DNA of 64,000 nt from Verrucomicrobiota bacterium (GTDB lineage: Bacteria; Verrucomicrobiota; Verrucomicrobiia; Verrucomicrobiales; DEV007). A program made the position numbers and the translations under genes. The stretch is taken from the NCBI GenBank assembly GCA_045046875.1, contig JASFYY010000133.1, positions 1 through 64,000 of the forward strand. Reading direction: 5' to 3'. The notes beneath the pieces were generated by a model. The model worked only from the letters and a program-made list of their open reading frames with translations. It was not told the DNA's origin and did no database searches. Shown here in pieces: positions 16,686-27,300 of this stretch; the stretch's first letter is position 1; every line of letters begins with the position of its first letter.

Positions 16686-19640
16686 ATGAAAACACACAGC
16701 ATTAGAAATACATCATCGTTGCTTGCGGCATTGTGTCTGTCGCTAACCCCAGTCCATGGAGCTGACCCCAAACCGGATTCCGAACCGGTGGCGGCCAAGG
16801 ATGCCTTGGCTTTGATTCATGTGCCGGATGGGTTTGAAGTGGAATTGGTCGTGGCCGAGCCGGATGTGATTGATCCTGTAGCGATCACCTGGGGAGCGGA
16901 TGGCCGATTATGGGTGGCGGAAATGAGCGATTATCCGATGGGCATGGACGGCAAGGGCAAAGCCGGTGGTCGGGTGCGCTGGTTGAAGGACAGTAATGGC
17001 GACGGCAAGTATGACAAGTCGGTGGTATTTGCTGAAGGCTTGGCTTATCCCAATGGGATCCTGCCATGGAAAAAAGGAGTGTTGGTGACGGCGGCTCCTT
17101 TGATTCTCTATTTGGAGGATACAGACGGGGATGGGGTGTCGGATAAAAAACATGTGTTGTTCGAAGGATTTCAGGAAGGTAACCAGCAGTTGCGGGTGAA
17201 TGGTTTGACCCGCGGATTGGATAACTGGATTTATTGTGCCAGTGGAGCGCATACTTCGAAATACGGGGCGGATAACAAAATCAAATCGATTAAGACCGGT
17301 GAGGAGATAGCCTTGGGCAGTCGGGACTTTCGATTCAATCCGGAAACCGGGGAGCTGGATCCGCAGTCGGGTCCAAGTCAGTTTGGTCGCAATCGTACGG
17401 ATTGGGGTGACTGGTTTGGCGAGATGAATTCTTATCCGATGTGGCACTACGTGTTGTTGGATCATTATATCCGCCGCAATCCACATGCCGCGTCACCGGA
17501 TCCCCGCAAGCAATTGGTATTGCCAAAAAATCCAAAAGTTTATCCCTACAAAGCGCCGCAGAAACGCTTTCATGGTTTTGCCCAGACGGGACGTTTCACT
17601 TCGGCTTGCGATGGCATGGTTTACCGGGATGGAAAATTGTTTCCGGATTCGAGTGAGGATACGATTGATATTTTCACCTGCGAACCTTTTGCCAATCTGG
17701 TTCAGCACAATCGATCCAAAGATGAGGGTGCGAGTTTCACCGTGTCAAAAGACGGTCCGGTGGAGTTGAAAGACGGGGTGGACTTTTTTGCATCCAAAGA
17801 TCGCTGGAGTCGTCCGGTGATGTCCCGGACTGGGCCCGATGGCACGCTTTGGGTAGCGGACATGTATCGTTATATGATCGAGCATCCCCAGTGGTTGCCG
17901 CAGGATGGCAAAGACGAATTGAGACCTTTTTATCGCCTGGGTGATGACAAGGGGAGGATCTACCGGGTGTATCGCAAAGGGCAGAAGCCTCATCTGGCTC
18001 CAAATCTTGAGAAAATGAGCAGCAGTCAACTGGTGGCAGCTCTGGAGACACAAAATGGCTGGCAGCGGGACACAGCTCAAGCGCTGTTGGTGGATCGTAA
18101 TGAGAATGCTGTGGTGCCTGAACTGAAAAAGATGGCGACCGAAGGTAAGTTGGATTTGGCTCGTTTGCATGCGCTGTATACTTTGCAGGGCATGGGAGCT
18201 CTGGATCTGGCGGTGTTAAAAAGTGCGGCAGCTGATTCGTCATCGGGTATCCGGCGTCATGCGGTGAAACTATCGGAGAGCTGGGTGAAGGATCATTCTG
18301 ATCTGCGAGATGATTTGTTGAAATTGGTAACGGACAAGGACGCCAAGGTTCGCATGCAACTGGCATACAGCTTAGGGGAGTGGAGCGGCGATCCGGTGGA
18401 TGCCGCTTTGGGTAAACTGGCTTTTGCCGATGGCAAGGATATCTATATGGCAGCAGCTATCATCAGTTCGGTGAATGCGGATAATTTGAGCGGTGTTCTG
18501 GCTTCATTGATGGCCGAACGGGCCAAGTCCAAACAGGGAGGTGAACTGCTGGGACGTTTGCTGGCCCTTGCGGTTGCTTTTGATAACAGCAAAGCAATGA
18601 CCGGAGCCTTGGATGCGGTGCTGAAGCCCGGGGGCGATCCGGTATGGCAATTTATCACGGTGGCAGGTTTACTGGATGCCTTGGATCGTCGGGCGACGGC
18701 TAAAAAAGGGGAGAGCGCGCTGGGCAACGAAGTGATACAAAGGGTGGTAGCATTGTCCGCGGCGGCTCGTAAAGTTGCGGTGGATGACAAAGCTCCTGAA
18801 GCGCAGCGCAAAGCGGCGATTCGTTTGCTGGCGAGGGAAGCAGGAACACGCACTGCGGATATCAAGGTTCTGGGTTCTTTGCTGGGTTTGCAGACATCCT
18901 TGCCGGTGCAGGTTGCCACGGTCTCTCATCTCGGAACTTTGTCTGGCAAGGAAGTGCCACAGGTGCTGCTGGAGGGATGGACGACTTACACTCCGGCGAT
19001 TCGCTCGGAGGTGTTGAATGTGTTGACCACTCGAAGTGACTGGCTGGCAAAACTGTTGGACGGGATCGAAAATAAAAAAGTGGCTCATGCGGATATTGAT
19101 GCCGGAACCAAACAACGGCTGATGACTTATCCCAATAAAAAATTGCGGGCGAGGGCTGCAGAATTGTTGCCATCTTCGAGCAGTGCGGATCGCCTCAAGG
19201 TGGTGAAATCTTTCCAAGCAGCGCTGAAGCTCAAAGGGGACAAGGCACGCGGTAAATTGGTGTTCCAAAAAGTGTGCGTGGCTTGCCACAAGATGGATGA
19301 TGTGGGTTTGGAAATCGGCCCCAATCTGGCATCGGTCACTGACCGCAAGCCTGAGTCATTGTTGTCAGCTATCCTCGACCCGAACCAAGCAGTGGAAGGG
19401 AAGTACAGTTCTTACGTCGCCAGCACCAAGGATGGTCGGGCTATACTGGGAATTCTGATTTCCGAAACCGGAGCAAATATCACTATTCAGGATCAGGCGA
19501 ATCAGAAACATGTGATCCTGAGATCGGAACTGAAGTCTTTGACCAATACCGGGCGTTCGTTAATGCCGGACGGTTTGGAAGCAGGGTTCAACCAGCAGGA
19601 GTTGGCTGATTTGATTGCCTACGTGGCGGCAGCGAAGTAG
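16686..19640 (+). CDS. PVC-type heme-binding CxxCH protein (beta-propeller dehydrogenase-like + HEAT repeats + cytochrome c)
   Basis: VPDGFEVELVVAEP..DPV, DTDGDG repeats, FTSAC, RPV..GPDG..DMYR, HEAT-like region, CVACH...GPNL...SLMPDGLE. Confidence 0.9.
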   Translation: MKTHSIRNTSSLLAALCLSLTPVHGADPKPDSEPVAAKDALALIHVPDGFEVELVVAEPDVIDPVAITWGADGRLWVAEMSDYPMGMDGKGKAGGRVRWLKDSNGDGKYDKSVVFAEGLAYPNGILPWKKGVLVTAAPLILYLEDTDGDGVSDKKHVLFEGFQEGNQQLRVNGLTRGLDNWIYCASGAHTSKYGADNKIKSIKTGEEIALGSRDFRFNPETGELDPQSGPSQFGRNRTDWGDWFGEMNSYPMWHYVLLDHYIRRNPHAASPDPRKQLVLPKNPKVYPYKAPQKRFHGFAQTGRFTSACDGMVYRDGKLFPDSSEDTIDIFTCEPFANLVQHNRSKDEGASFTVSKDGPVELKDGVDFFASKDRWSRPVMSRTGPDGTLWVADMYRYMIEHPQWLPQDGKDELRPFYRLGDDKGRIYRVYRKGQKPHLAPNLEKMSSSQLVAALETQNGWQRDTAQALLVDRNENAVVPELKKMATEGKLDLARLHALYTLQGMGALDLAVLKSAAADSSSGIRRHAVKLSESWVKDHSDLRDDLLKLVTDKDAKVRMQLAYSLGEWSGDPVDAALGKLAFADGKDIYMAAAIISSVNADNLSGVLASLMAERAKSKQGGELLGRLLALAVAFDNSKAMTGALDAVLKPGGDPVWQFITVAGLLDALDRRATAKKGESALGNEVIQRVVALSAAARKVAVDDKAPEAQRKAAIRLLAREAGTRTADIKVLGSLLGLQTSLPVQVATVSHLGTLSGKEVPQVLLEGWTTYTPAIRSEVLNVLTTRSDWLAKLLDGIENKKVAHADIDAGTKQRLMTYPNKKLRARAAELLPSSSSADRLKVVKSFQAALKLKGDKARGKLVFQKVCVACHKMDDVGLEIGPNLASVTDRKPESLLSAILDPNQAVEGKYSSYVASTKDGRAILGILISETGANITIQDQANQKHVILRSELKSLTNTGRSLMPDGLEAGFNQQELADLIAYVAAAK

Positions 19641-19651
19641 GATGTATCGAC

Positions 19652-21109
19652 ATGGTTCCAGTGTATAAACAAATGCTCATGATGAAAAGAAAATGTAATA
19701 GACGGTTTAGTATGTTGGCGGGATTTGTAATGGCGATTTGTTTTTTCGCTTCAAACCCGCTTCATGCAGCGGACTCGATTCCTCTAAGAATCGGAGCTGC
19801 CAGTAAGGTGATCACTCACAAGCTCGGCGGTTGGGTCCAGGGCGCCGGTGTGCCCAAAAAGGCGACTAAGATTCATGATGAACTGGAAGCCAATGCCCTT
19901 TACTTAAATAAAGGGGAAACCCAACTGCTGATTGTCAGCTTGGATCTGGCAGGTCTCGAGCCTCCTTTTGCGATCAAGTTCCGCAAGGCGATGGGGGCGG
20001 CTTCGGGGATACCGGCTCGCAACATTCTCCTCTCCTGCACGCATACCCATGGAGGCCCTTCGGTGGTGAAAACCAACTACTTGATGCCACTGGATTTCGA
20101 ATACCTCGAGTTGCTCGAAGTCTGGTTAGTCGAACTAGCAAAGGAAGCGGTTGAGTCCGCTCGCCCTGGCAAGATTGGTTGGGCAAAGGGAAGTGCTCAA
20201 ATAGGTTTCAATCGCCGGGTTTGTTGGGCTGATGGCAGCCATTCTATGCACGGCGATACTAAGCGTAAGGATTTTGCCGGGTTGGAGGGGCCGGATGATC
20301 CGCAACACATGGCTTTGTTTGCTGCTGATTTGAAGGGTAAGTTGCTTTCCGTTCTTTACCACAATACCACTCACCCAACGATTTTTTATGCGGCGGGAGT
20401 GTACTCGTCTGATTTTGCTGGTGAAGCGCGCAACATCCTGCGCAGCGGATTTGGTGATATTCCGGTGCTTTTTCTAAACGGCGCTCAGGGAGATATAGCC
20501 ATGGCTGATCAACTGAATAAACGCAAGGAGGGGCGCGAAGAAAAACTCAAGCGGGTTGGACGTTTGGTAGCCGATGAAACCTTGCGTCTTCATCGAGATG
20601 TGAAATACCATGAGCATCCAGTTTTAGCACATACTTACGAGGATATGCCAGTTAAAGTGCGTCTGCCTGATCCCAAAGTTTTGGCTGAATCCCGAAAGGT
20701 ATTGGCGAAAATCGATGCCGGAGAGAATGTGCGTGGCATGAAGATGATCATGGCATTTGGCACGGTGCAGTTGCAGGAGGTGTATGAGGAAAATCCAATC
20801 GACTCGTTGCCAATACATGCGGTGCGCATCGGCGATGTGGCATTGGTTACCCAGCCTTGTGAACTCTACTGTCAGTTCGGGTTGGATATCAAGCGTCGTA
20901 GCCCTGCGCCGATCACAGCCGTGGTGGGGCTCACTGATGGTTATGCGGGGTATTGTCCAACGATTTACGGTGTATTGGGAGGAGGTTATTCGGGACAACA
21001 GATCAGTTGGACACGATTGGAGCCGAATGCGGGTTATATGATCGTAGAGAGTGCGGGCAAAATGCTCAATGCTCTGTGGCGGCGTAAAGATACAAAGGTA
21101 AAGCAATGA
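19652..21109 (+). CDS. Neutral/alkaline ceramidase-like amidohydrolase (tandem paralog A)
   Basis: HDELEANAL, SCTHTHGGP, FNRR, GPDDP, HPT, QPCELY, GYAGYCPT. Confidence 0.8.
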   Translation: MVPVYKQMLMMKRKCNRRFSMLAGFVMAICFFASNPLHAADSIPLRIGAASKVITHKLGGWVQGAGVPKKATKIHDELEANALYLNKGETQLLIVSLDLAGLEPPFAIKFRKAMGAASGIPARNILLSCTHTHGGPSVVKTNYLMPLDFEYLELLEVWLVELAKEAVESARPGKIGWAKGSAQIGFNRRVCWADGSHSMHGDTKRKDFAGLEGPDDPQHMALFAADLKGKLLSVLYHNTTHPTIFYAAGVYSSDFAGEARNILRSGFGDIPVLFLNGAQGDIAMADQLNKRKEGREEKLKRVGRLVADETLRLHRDVKYHEHPVLAHTYEDMPVKVRLPDPKVLAESRKVLAKIDAGENVRGMKMIMAFGTVQLQEVYEENPIDSLPIHAVRIGDVALVTQPCELYCQFGLDIKRRSPAPITAVVGLTDGYAGYCPTIYGVLGGGYSGQQISWTRLEPNAGYMIVESAGKMLNALWRRKDTKVKQ

Positions 21110-22590
21110 TTAAACTCTTAGTATTAGAGAAGTCACTTCTGGAATCGGAACCTAGCCCTAGGGGGATGGCTCATAGCCGTTTGCTTTGTTTGGTGAGTGA
21201 GCGATTTTGGATAGTAATTAGCGTAGCACTTGCACTTGGTTGTTTAGCAGTGAACTCGGCAGATGCGGAGGACATACTTCCGCTGAAGATCGGAGCTGTC
21301 ACCAAGGTCATCAACCCTAAAATCGGTGATTGGGTTCAGTCGGCCAGCGTCAAAAAACGCGCGACGGAGATTCGTGGTAATCTGGAGGCAAATGGTCTCT
21401 ACTTGTCGGATGGTAAGATGCAGATACTGCTGGTTAGTTGCGATTTAGGTGGTCTTGAACCTCCTCGAGTAGTAGCAATGCGTGAGGCAATGGGGAAGGC
21501 TGCGGGGATTCCAGCTCGCAACATCATCATCTCTGCCACTCACACGCGCGGACCTGTGGTGTTGCGAAGCAATTACCTCATGCCGGTCGATAATGACTAC
21601 TTGGACAAGTTGCAAGCGTGGCTTGTCGACTTGGCAAAAGAGGTTGTTCAATCGGCACGCCCCGGGAAAATTGGATGGGGAAAGGGGACCGCTCAGATTG
21701 GCTACAATCGTCGCATCTGTTTTGCGGACGGCACGCACGTGATGCATGGTGATGCCAAGCGCAAGGATTTCACTGGATTAGAAGGACCCGATGACCCGCA
21801 ACACGTGGCACTGTTTGCAGCCGATGCTGACGGCAAGCTCATTGCGGTCATACAGCACAATACCACCCACCCTACGGTCACTTGGGGAGGCTCGGTATTC
21901 ACGGCTGACTTTCCCGGTGAATCGCGACGAATGCTGCGAGAAGAGCTGGGCAACATTCCCATGTTATACTTGAACGGGGCACAGGGGGATATCTCATGGC
22001 GAGATGCACTGAACCATCGTAAGGAAACTCCCGAGCAGTCGATTCAGCGACTTGGGCGTTTGATGGCTGACGAAACACTGAGGCTTTACAAGAACATCGA
22101 GTATCAAAAACATCCCGTATTGAAGCACGGCTATGAAGATCTCGCGGTCAAGGTGCGACTACCCAAACCGGAACGGCTGGTAGAGGCTCGTAAAGTATTG
22201 GCAAGAATTGACGCTGGAGAGAATATCCGGGGAATGAAAATGATAATGGCTTTCGGAGCGGTGCATCTGCAGGAATTGTTTGGAGAAAATCCGGTCGATA
22301 CTTTGCCGATTCATGTGGTTCGTATCGGCGACGTGGCGTTGGTGACTCAGCCTTGTGAGTTGTACAGCCAGTTTGCTTTGGACATCAAGCGTCGCAGTCC
22401 TGCGCAGATCACCGCAGTTGTGGGACTTGCGGATGGTTACTGCGGATATTGTCCGACGATTCACGGTATCCTGGGTGGCGGCTATACGGCAGATCCGATA
22501 TCCTGGACCCGACTGGAACCATACGCTGGTTATAAGATTGTGGAGAGCGCCGCTAAAACGCTCAACTCCTTGTGGCAGGGAGGGAAGTAG
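21106..22590 (+). CDS. Neutral/alkaline ceramidase-like protein (tandem paralog B, altered THTH motif)
   Basis: Long blocks nearly identical to 19652-21109; motif reads SATHTRGP; ATGA overlap with the upstream gene (true start may be later). Confidence 0.8.
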   Translation: MIKLLVLEKSLLESEPSPRGMAHSRLLCLVSERFWIVISVALALGCLAVNSADAEDILPLKIGAVTKVINPKIGDWVQSASVKKRATEIRGNLEANGLYLSDGKMQILLVSCDLGGLEPPRVVAMREAMGKAAGIPARNIIISATHTRGPVVLRSNYLMPVDNDYLDKLQAWLVDLAKEVVQSARPGKIGWGKGTAQIGYNRRICFADGTHVMHGDAKRKDFTGLEGPDDPQHVALFAADADGKLIAVIQHNTTHPTVTWGGSVFTADFPGESRRMLREELGNIPMLYLNGAQGDISWRDALNHRKETPEQSIQRLGRLMADETLRLYKNIEYQKHPVLKHGYEDLAVKVRLPKPERLVEARKVLARIDAGENIRGMKMIMAFGAVHLQELFGENPVDTLPIHVVRIGDVALVTQPCELYSQFALDIKRRSPAQITAVVGLADGYCGYCPTIHGILGGGYTADPISWTRLEPYAGYKIVESAAKTLNSLWQGGK

Positions 22591-22622
22591 GACAAAGCTT
22601 TAAAATAAACAGAAATATTATT

Positions 22623-23573
22623 ATGAATGACCATTTGGCGAAACTATCAAGGAAAAAGGCTGCTACCTCACGAGCTGGAATCAAGCGACGTGAATTTCTG
22701 ACTAAGAGCGTGGCAGTGGGCATTGCCGCTGGAACATCCTGCTTGGTCAATGATTCAGCCTATGCAGCTAAGCCGCTTGTGGCAGGAATGCCCAATGCGA
22801 AGAAACTTGGCTGGAGGGTTGGGTTTGCTACCTATTCATTCCGCAACGTCACGATTTTTGAAGCCTTAGAGAAAATCGCTGCAGTGGGTTTGTCTCACGC
22901 CGAACTGTTTGGCTGGCAAAAGTTGAGTCCGGCCAATCCCAATGTGACTCCAGAGGCAGGGCTGTCGAAGACCTTGCGCAAGGATCTTAAAAACAAGGCT
23001 GATGATCTAGGGGTGAAGATGATTGGCACTTATGCCCGGCTGAATAATCCTGACATGGCAAAATCCATATTCGAGTTCGCCGCCGAAATGAACTTCGAAG
23101 TGATCGTGGGGGAACCTATGGGGGAGATGTTGGATGTGGTTGAGGGGCTGACAAAAGAATTCGGAGTAGATCTCGCTATGCATAATCATGCGAAGCCATC
23201 GCCTTATTGGGATCCGGATGCCGGACTTGCTGTTTTAAAGGGCCGCGCCAAGTCGATGGGCCTCTGTTGTGATACAGGGCACTGGTGCCGGTCAGGTCTT
23301 GATCCGGTCAAGACGCTCAGCAAGGTTGCGTCCCGGGTGAAGACATTCCACTTGAAGGATCTAGAAGCGTTTGGCGTTCTGAAGTCGGAAGACGCGGTAT
23401 GGGGGCAAGGGGAGTGCCGCATTGCCGACATCCTAGCGGAAGTCAAAAAGCAGGGCATCCAGCGTCCCTACTTCAGTATCGAGTGGGAGCGAAATACCAG
23501 CGAGCCGCTTGAGACTCATGCCAAGTCGATTGCTTATTTCGAGGAAGTCGCGGGCAAGCTCATCGAATCTTGA
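22623..23573 (+). CDS. TAT-exported sugar phosphate isomerase/epimerase (xylose-isomerase-like TIM barrel)
   Basis: KRREFL TAT motif; YSFR, HNH, DTGHW.RSG, HLKD and SIEWE metal-binding motifs. Confidence 0.85.
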   Translation: MNDHLAKLSRKKAATSRAGIKRREFLTKSVAVGIAAGTSCLVNDSAYAAKPLVAGMPNAKKLGWRVGFATYSFRNVTIFEALEKIAAVGLSHAELFGWQKLSPANPNVTPEAGLSKTLRKDLKNKADDLGVKMIGTYARLNNPDMAKSIFEFAAEMNFEVIVGEPMGEMLDVVEGLTKEFGVDLAMHNHAKPSPYWDPDAGLAVLKGRAKSMGLCCDTGHWCRSGLDPVKTLSKVASRVKTFHLKDLEAFGVLKSEDAVWGQGECRIADILAEVKKQGIQRPYFSIEWERNTSEPLETHAKSIAYFEEVAGKLIES

Positions 23574-23591
23574 AGGAGAGGTGTAATAACT

Positions 23592-26138
23592 GTGACCATG
23601 GTGAGCTTCAAGAAAAATACTTCTTCAATCCTAAGCTTGGTCGCATTTTTGCTTGTTTCGAGCAATGGGGGATATGCGCAGATTCCCCATCCTGATGACG
23701 CGCCTAAGGCGCTGTCGCCTGCAGAAAGCGTGAAGGCTTTCAAGCTTCCAGCAGGAATCAAAATCAAACTGCTGGCGAGCGAACCTTTAGTGGTGCAGCC
23801 GACGGGAGTGTGTTGGGATGAGTGGGGGCGCTTGTTTGTCTCCGAGCTACACGGGTACAATTTGGACGGCCAGTATGATATAGAGGAGCTGAATAAAACG
23901 GGCAAACTGGATATGAAGGTTCGGAGAATCCAGGCATCGGAGGAATCCAAAAAAAAAGCCGAAGAAAGAACCTATGGAGTGGTGAAACTACTGCTCGATA
24001 CGGATGGAGACGGGGTGATGGACAAAGCGGAAGTGTGGGCGGATGATCTGCCGGCGTGTTATGGATTGGTGGCGGGTAATGGAGGGATCATTGTGGCGTG
24101 CTCTCCGGATATTGTCTTTTTGAAGGATACTGACCACGATAATCGTCCTGATGTGCGGGAGGTGTTGTTCACCGGGTTTGGTACGGGCGTATTGGATCGC
24201 CGGTTCAATACGCCGGTTTGGGGGATCGATGACTGGATCTACTTTAGCAAAGGCGGGCCCGGGGGGCGAATTACGGGGCTGCATATGAAAGGCGCACTGC
24301 AGGTGCCTGCGACGGATTTCCGGATTCGGGCCGATGGCACGGCGATGGAACTGGTCAGCGGCGGATCGCAGACGATGGGCATGACTTTTACTCCGGGAGG
24401 GGATCGTTTTGTGACGAATACCACTCACCCTGGATTGTTTGTGACGCCTATTGAATGGCGTTATTTGATGCGCAACCCGGATGCGGCGGCTCCCCGTTTG
24501 GTGGGGACGGCGAGTGATGAGACCCAAGTTTATCAGTTAGCAAAAGCGCATCCGTGGAGAACTAAACGGGAAAAAAATGCTGAATATTATGCTATGTATA
24601 AAAAATTCAGTGTTTCGGATGCGGCGGCATCGGGTTATTTCACCTCCACCTGTGGACCTTTAGTTTATCGGGACAGTGTTCTGCCAGGGCTGCAAGGAGA
24701 CTACCTGTCATGCGAACCGGCACAAAGTCTGGTGCATCGTGCGAAGATCATGCGCGATGGCACACGCTTGCGTTTGCGGCGTGGGGAGGATGAAAAACAG
24801 AGTGAGTTCCTCGCCAGCAGTGATGGATGGTTTCATCCTATTGCGCTGGCGCATACGCCGACGGGCAAGATTGTGATCTCCGATTTTTATCGCGAGATCA
24901 TCGAGGATTATTCGGCGATCCCACGTTATCTGCAGCAACAGTATGGAGTGATCAACGGTCATGATCGTGGACGTTTGTGGTTGATGGTGCCAGAAGATCA
25001 AATAAATGGAGCCAAGCCAAATTCTAATAATCTGGCATCATTGAGCGATGCAGATTTGATCAAAGAATTGCAAAACGGCGTTTACTGGCGTCGGCGTACG
25101 GCGCAACGCCTGCTACAGGAGCGTGGAAAATTGCCCGCCGATTTTTATACCCAAGGGTGGAATCGCAGAGACGATCCCGGGGCTCAGGTAATTGCTTTGC
25201 GGGCAGTGGACCAGGATCGTTTTGCCAGCGAGGCGGGAAAAGCGATCGAACAGGATTTGTTGACATTAAAACTAGGCGAGCACCCTGCGCCAAATTTAGT
25301 TTTGCAAGCAGCCTTGAGTCTTGGGCAAAGTGATTCGCCTCAAGTCCTCGACACGCTGATCCGATTGTCACGTTTGTATGGGGATCTGCGATGGATGGAT
25401 GCGGCAGTTGCCACTTCGATCACAGGGCAGGAAAAGAAGCTGTTGTTTGCTCTTGCCAAAGATCCCGGCAAAGGGACACTGGTGATGGTGAATCTGGCAG
25501 GTATCATTGCCGCTCGTGGTGATGCCGAGGAGATCAAGGAATCCATCGCTGGTCTGGATGCAGCAAAGGTCGAAGGGAAGTCATTGGATTTGTTGAAGCA
25601 GGGGTTGGCGGACACTCAGCCGATTGAAGACCCAGTGCAAATTCCCAGACCGCAAGCTCCTACGGCGGCCGAGTTGGAAGTGATGGAAAAACGTGTGCCG
25701 GATATGCTGGCCGCGCTCAAGAAGAAGCCGAACTTAACAGAGGGACGAACGTTTTTCACTGCGATCTGTGCAGCGTGTCATCGGGCGAAGGGTATTGGTG
25801 TGGCGGTTGGACCGGATCTGGACGCCGAGTTTCAGCGCGTGTCGGAGGTGATTATGCGTGACATTTTGTTTCCTTCTGAAACCGTGAGTCCCGGATACGA
25901 AACGGTGATGGTCAACACCCGTCGGGGTGAGACTTTATTGGGAGTGATCGCTTCCGAATCGCCGACCAGCATCACTCTGAAATTACAAGGAGGAGGCGAG
26001 CGCACTTTGCTACGCAAAGGCACGAAGATCAGTCACGTGCGGAATGTATCGTTGATGCCTGTAGGCCTTGGAGCCACTTTGAACCCGGAGCAGATCGCCA
26101 ATATTATAGCTTTTTTGCGCCAGCCGCCGAAACCCTAG
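23592..26138 (+). CDS. PVC-type heme-binding CxxCH protein (second copy, shorter HEAT region)
   Basis: LASEPLVVQP, DTDGDG, FTSTCG, DFYREIIED, CAACH...GPDL...SLMP. Confidence 0.85.
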   Translation: MTMVSFKKNTSSILSLVAFLLVSSNGGYAQIPHPDDAPKALSPAESVKAFKLPAGIKIKLLASEPLVVQPTGVCWDEWGRLFVSELHGYNLDGQYDIEELNKTGKLDMKVRRIQASEESKKKAEERTYGVVKLLLDTDGDGVMDKAEVWADDLPACYGLVAGNGGIIVACSPDIVFLKDTDHDNRPDVREVLFTGFGTGVLDRRFNTPVWGIDDWIYFSKGGPGGRITGLHMKGALQVPATDFRIRADGTAMELVSGGSQTMGMTFTPGGDRFVTNTTHPGLFVTPIEWRYLMRNPDAAAPRLVGTASDETQVYQLAKAHPWRTKREKNAEYYAMYKKFSVSDAAASGYFTSTCGPLVYRDSVLPGLQGDYLSCEPAQSLVHRAKIMRDGTRLRLRRGEDEKQSEFLASSDGWFHPIALAHTPTGKIVISDFYREIIEDYSAIPRYLQQQYGVINGHDRGRLWLMVPEDQINGAKPNSNNLASLSDADLIKELQNGVYWRRRTAQRLLQERGKLPADFYTQGWNRRDDPGAQVIALRAVDQDRFASEAGKAIEQDLLTLKLGEHPAPNLVLQAALSLGQSDSPQVLDTLIRLSRLYGDLRWMDAAVATSITGQEKKLLFALAKDPGKGTLVMVNLAGIIAARGDAEEIKESIAGLDAAKVEGKSLDLLKQGLADTQPIEDPVQIPRPQAPTAAELEVMEKRVPDMLAALKKKPNLTEGRTFFTAICAACHRAKGIGVAVGPDLDAEFQRVSEVIMRDILFPSETVSPGYETVMVNTRRGETLLGVIASESPTSITLKLQGGGERTLLRKGTKISHVRNVSLMPVGLGATLNPEQIANIIAFLRQPPKP

Positions 26139-26152
26139 GGTGATGTATTAAG

Positions 26153-27283
26153 TCACAAAGCTGTTATCAGGTGGCTCAAAAAGGCTTCGATGTCCTGCTC
26201 GTTGTTGTACCCATGAATTGCCAGACGGATGCGGCCGGCATGATAAATGACGCTGACATTTTTCTCATTGAGTGATAGGCAAATATTTTCAGCATCGGCA
26301 TGGGTGAAGGACAGGATGCCTGCGAGGTTTTTATCCTGATTGGGCGTGATGAGGTTCACCGGGAGTTTTTCTAGTTCCTCGATGGCGAATTTAACCAGCG
26401 GATTGGCTGCATGTTCAATATTGTGAACGCCAATGCGCAATAGATAGGCAAGGGATCGTTCCACCGCATAAACCGCTGGGAAACCCGGCATACCCAACAT
26501 GAAGCCATCTGCACCCGGCATGACTGTGGCCGCTTGATCAAAGCGATTACTGTTGAATGGATCTTCCAGATTATGCCAACCTCCGGCTCGCACACACCAG
26601 TCCACTTTGCTGGTTTTTGGAATCGCAACAATACAGGCACCATGGGATCCCATCAGCCATTTGTGGGTGCTGCTTACCACGATATCGACCTGTTCGGCAT
26701 CAAATGAAATTCTGCCAGCTCCTTGAGTGGCATCGAGGGTCAATACGGCGTCGGATGATTTTCTGACAAGTTGGGATACTTCTTCCAGATCGATTCGGAA
26801 GCCATTGTAAAAACTTACCAGTGAAAGATTGATGAGGCTGGTTTTTTCCGAAATGAGAGCTTCCAGATCTTCGGTGTGTAAGCGTCCTTCCCGCGAATGC
26901 CAGACCTTCACTTTGATGTCCGTGTGTTCCCGATACCAGGGAGTGATGCCGGAAGGGTAGTCCAGATCATTGATGATGACTTCATTTCCAGCTTTTAAAT
27001 GCAAGGAGGTGGCAATGAGATTGAAGGCTTCCGAGGAAGAAGAGCAGAGCGCGATGTGAGTATCCGGAACCGAAAACAACGAGCCTGCGTGTTTCCTGAG
27101 CGCATGCCATTTGGCGTAGTGTTCTTCCCGGGCGCCCATGCCCATGCCCTTGGCCTTGTCCTCGGCGTATTCCACCAGGGCGTCTTTGACGCAGTTTGGA
27201 CACAATCCATCGGCGGCAGTATTCAAATAATGGATTTTTTCCAGATACGGAAAGTCTTCAATTCTGGATTCGGGGGTCAGCAT
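26153..27283 (-). CDS. Class V PLP-dependent aminotransferase / cysteine-desulfurase-like enzyme
   Basis: YLNTA, DATQGAG, STHKWLMG (PLP lysine), IRLAIHGYN. Confidence 0.85.
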   Translation of the reverse strand: MLTPESRIEDFPYLEKIHYLNTAADGLCPNCVKDALVEYAEDKAKGMGMGAREEHYAKWHALRKHAGSLFSVPDTHIALCSSSSEAFNLIATSLHLKAGNEVIINDLDYPSGITPWYREHTDIKVKVWHSREGRLHTEDLEALISEKTSLINLSLVSFYNGFRIDLEEVSQLVRKSSDAVLTLDATQGAGRISFDAEQVDIVVSSTHKWLMGSHGACIVAIPKTSKVDWCVRAGGWHNLEDPFNSNRFDQAATVMPGADGFMLGMPGFPAVYAVERSLAYLLRIGVHNIEHAANPLVKFAIEELEKLPVNLITPNQDKNLAGILSFTHADAENICLSLNEKNVSVIYHAGRIRLAIHGYNNEQDIEAFLSHLITAL

Positions 27284-27300
27284 TGGGTTTTTGAAAGCGG

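Noticed and set aside
19652..22590. Diversity-generating retroelement TR/VR pair
   Set aside because: The similarity spans two whole ORFs, the differences are not adenine-specific, and there is no reverse transcriptase in the window. It is an ordinary tandem duplication.
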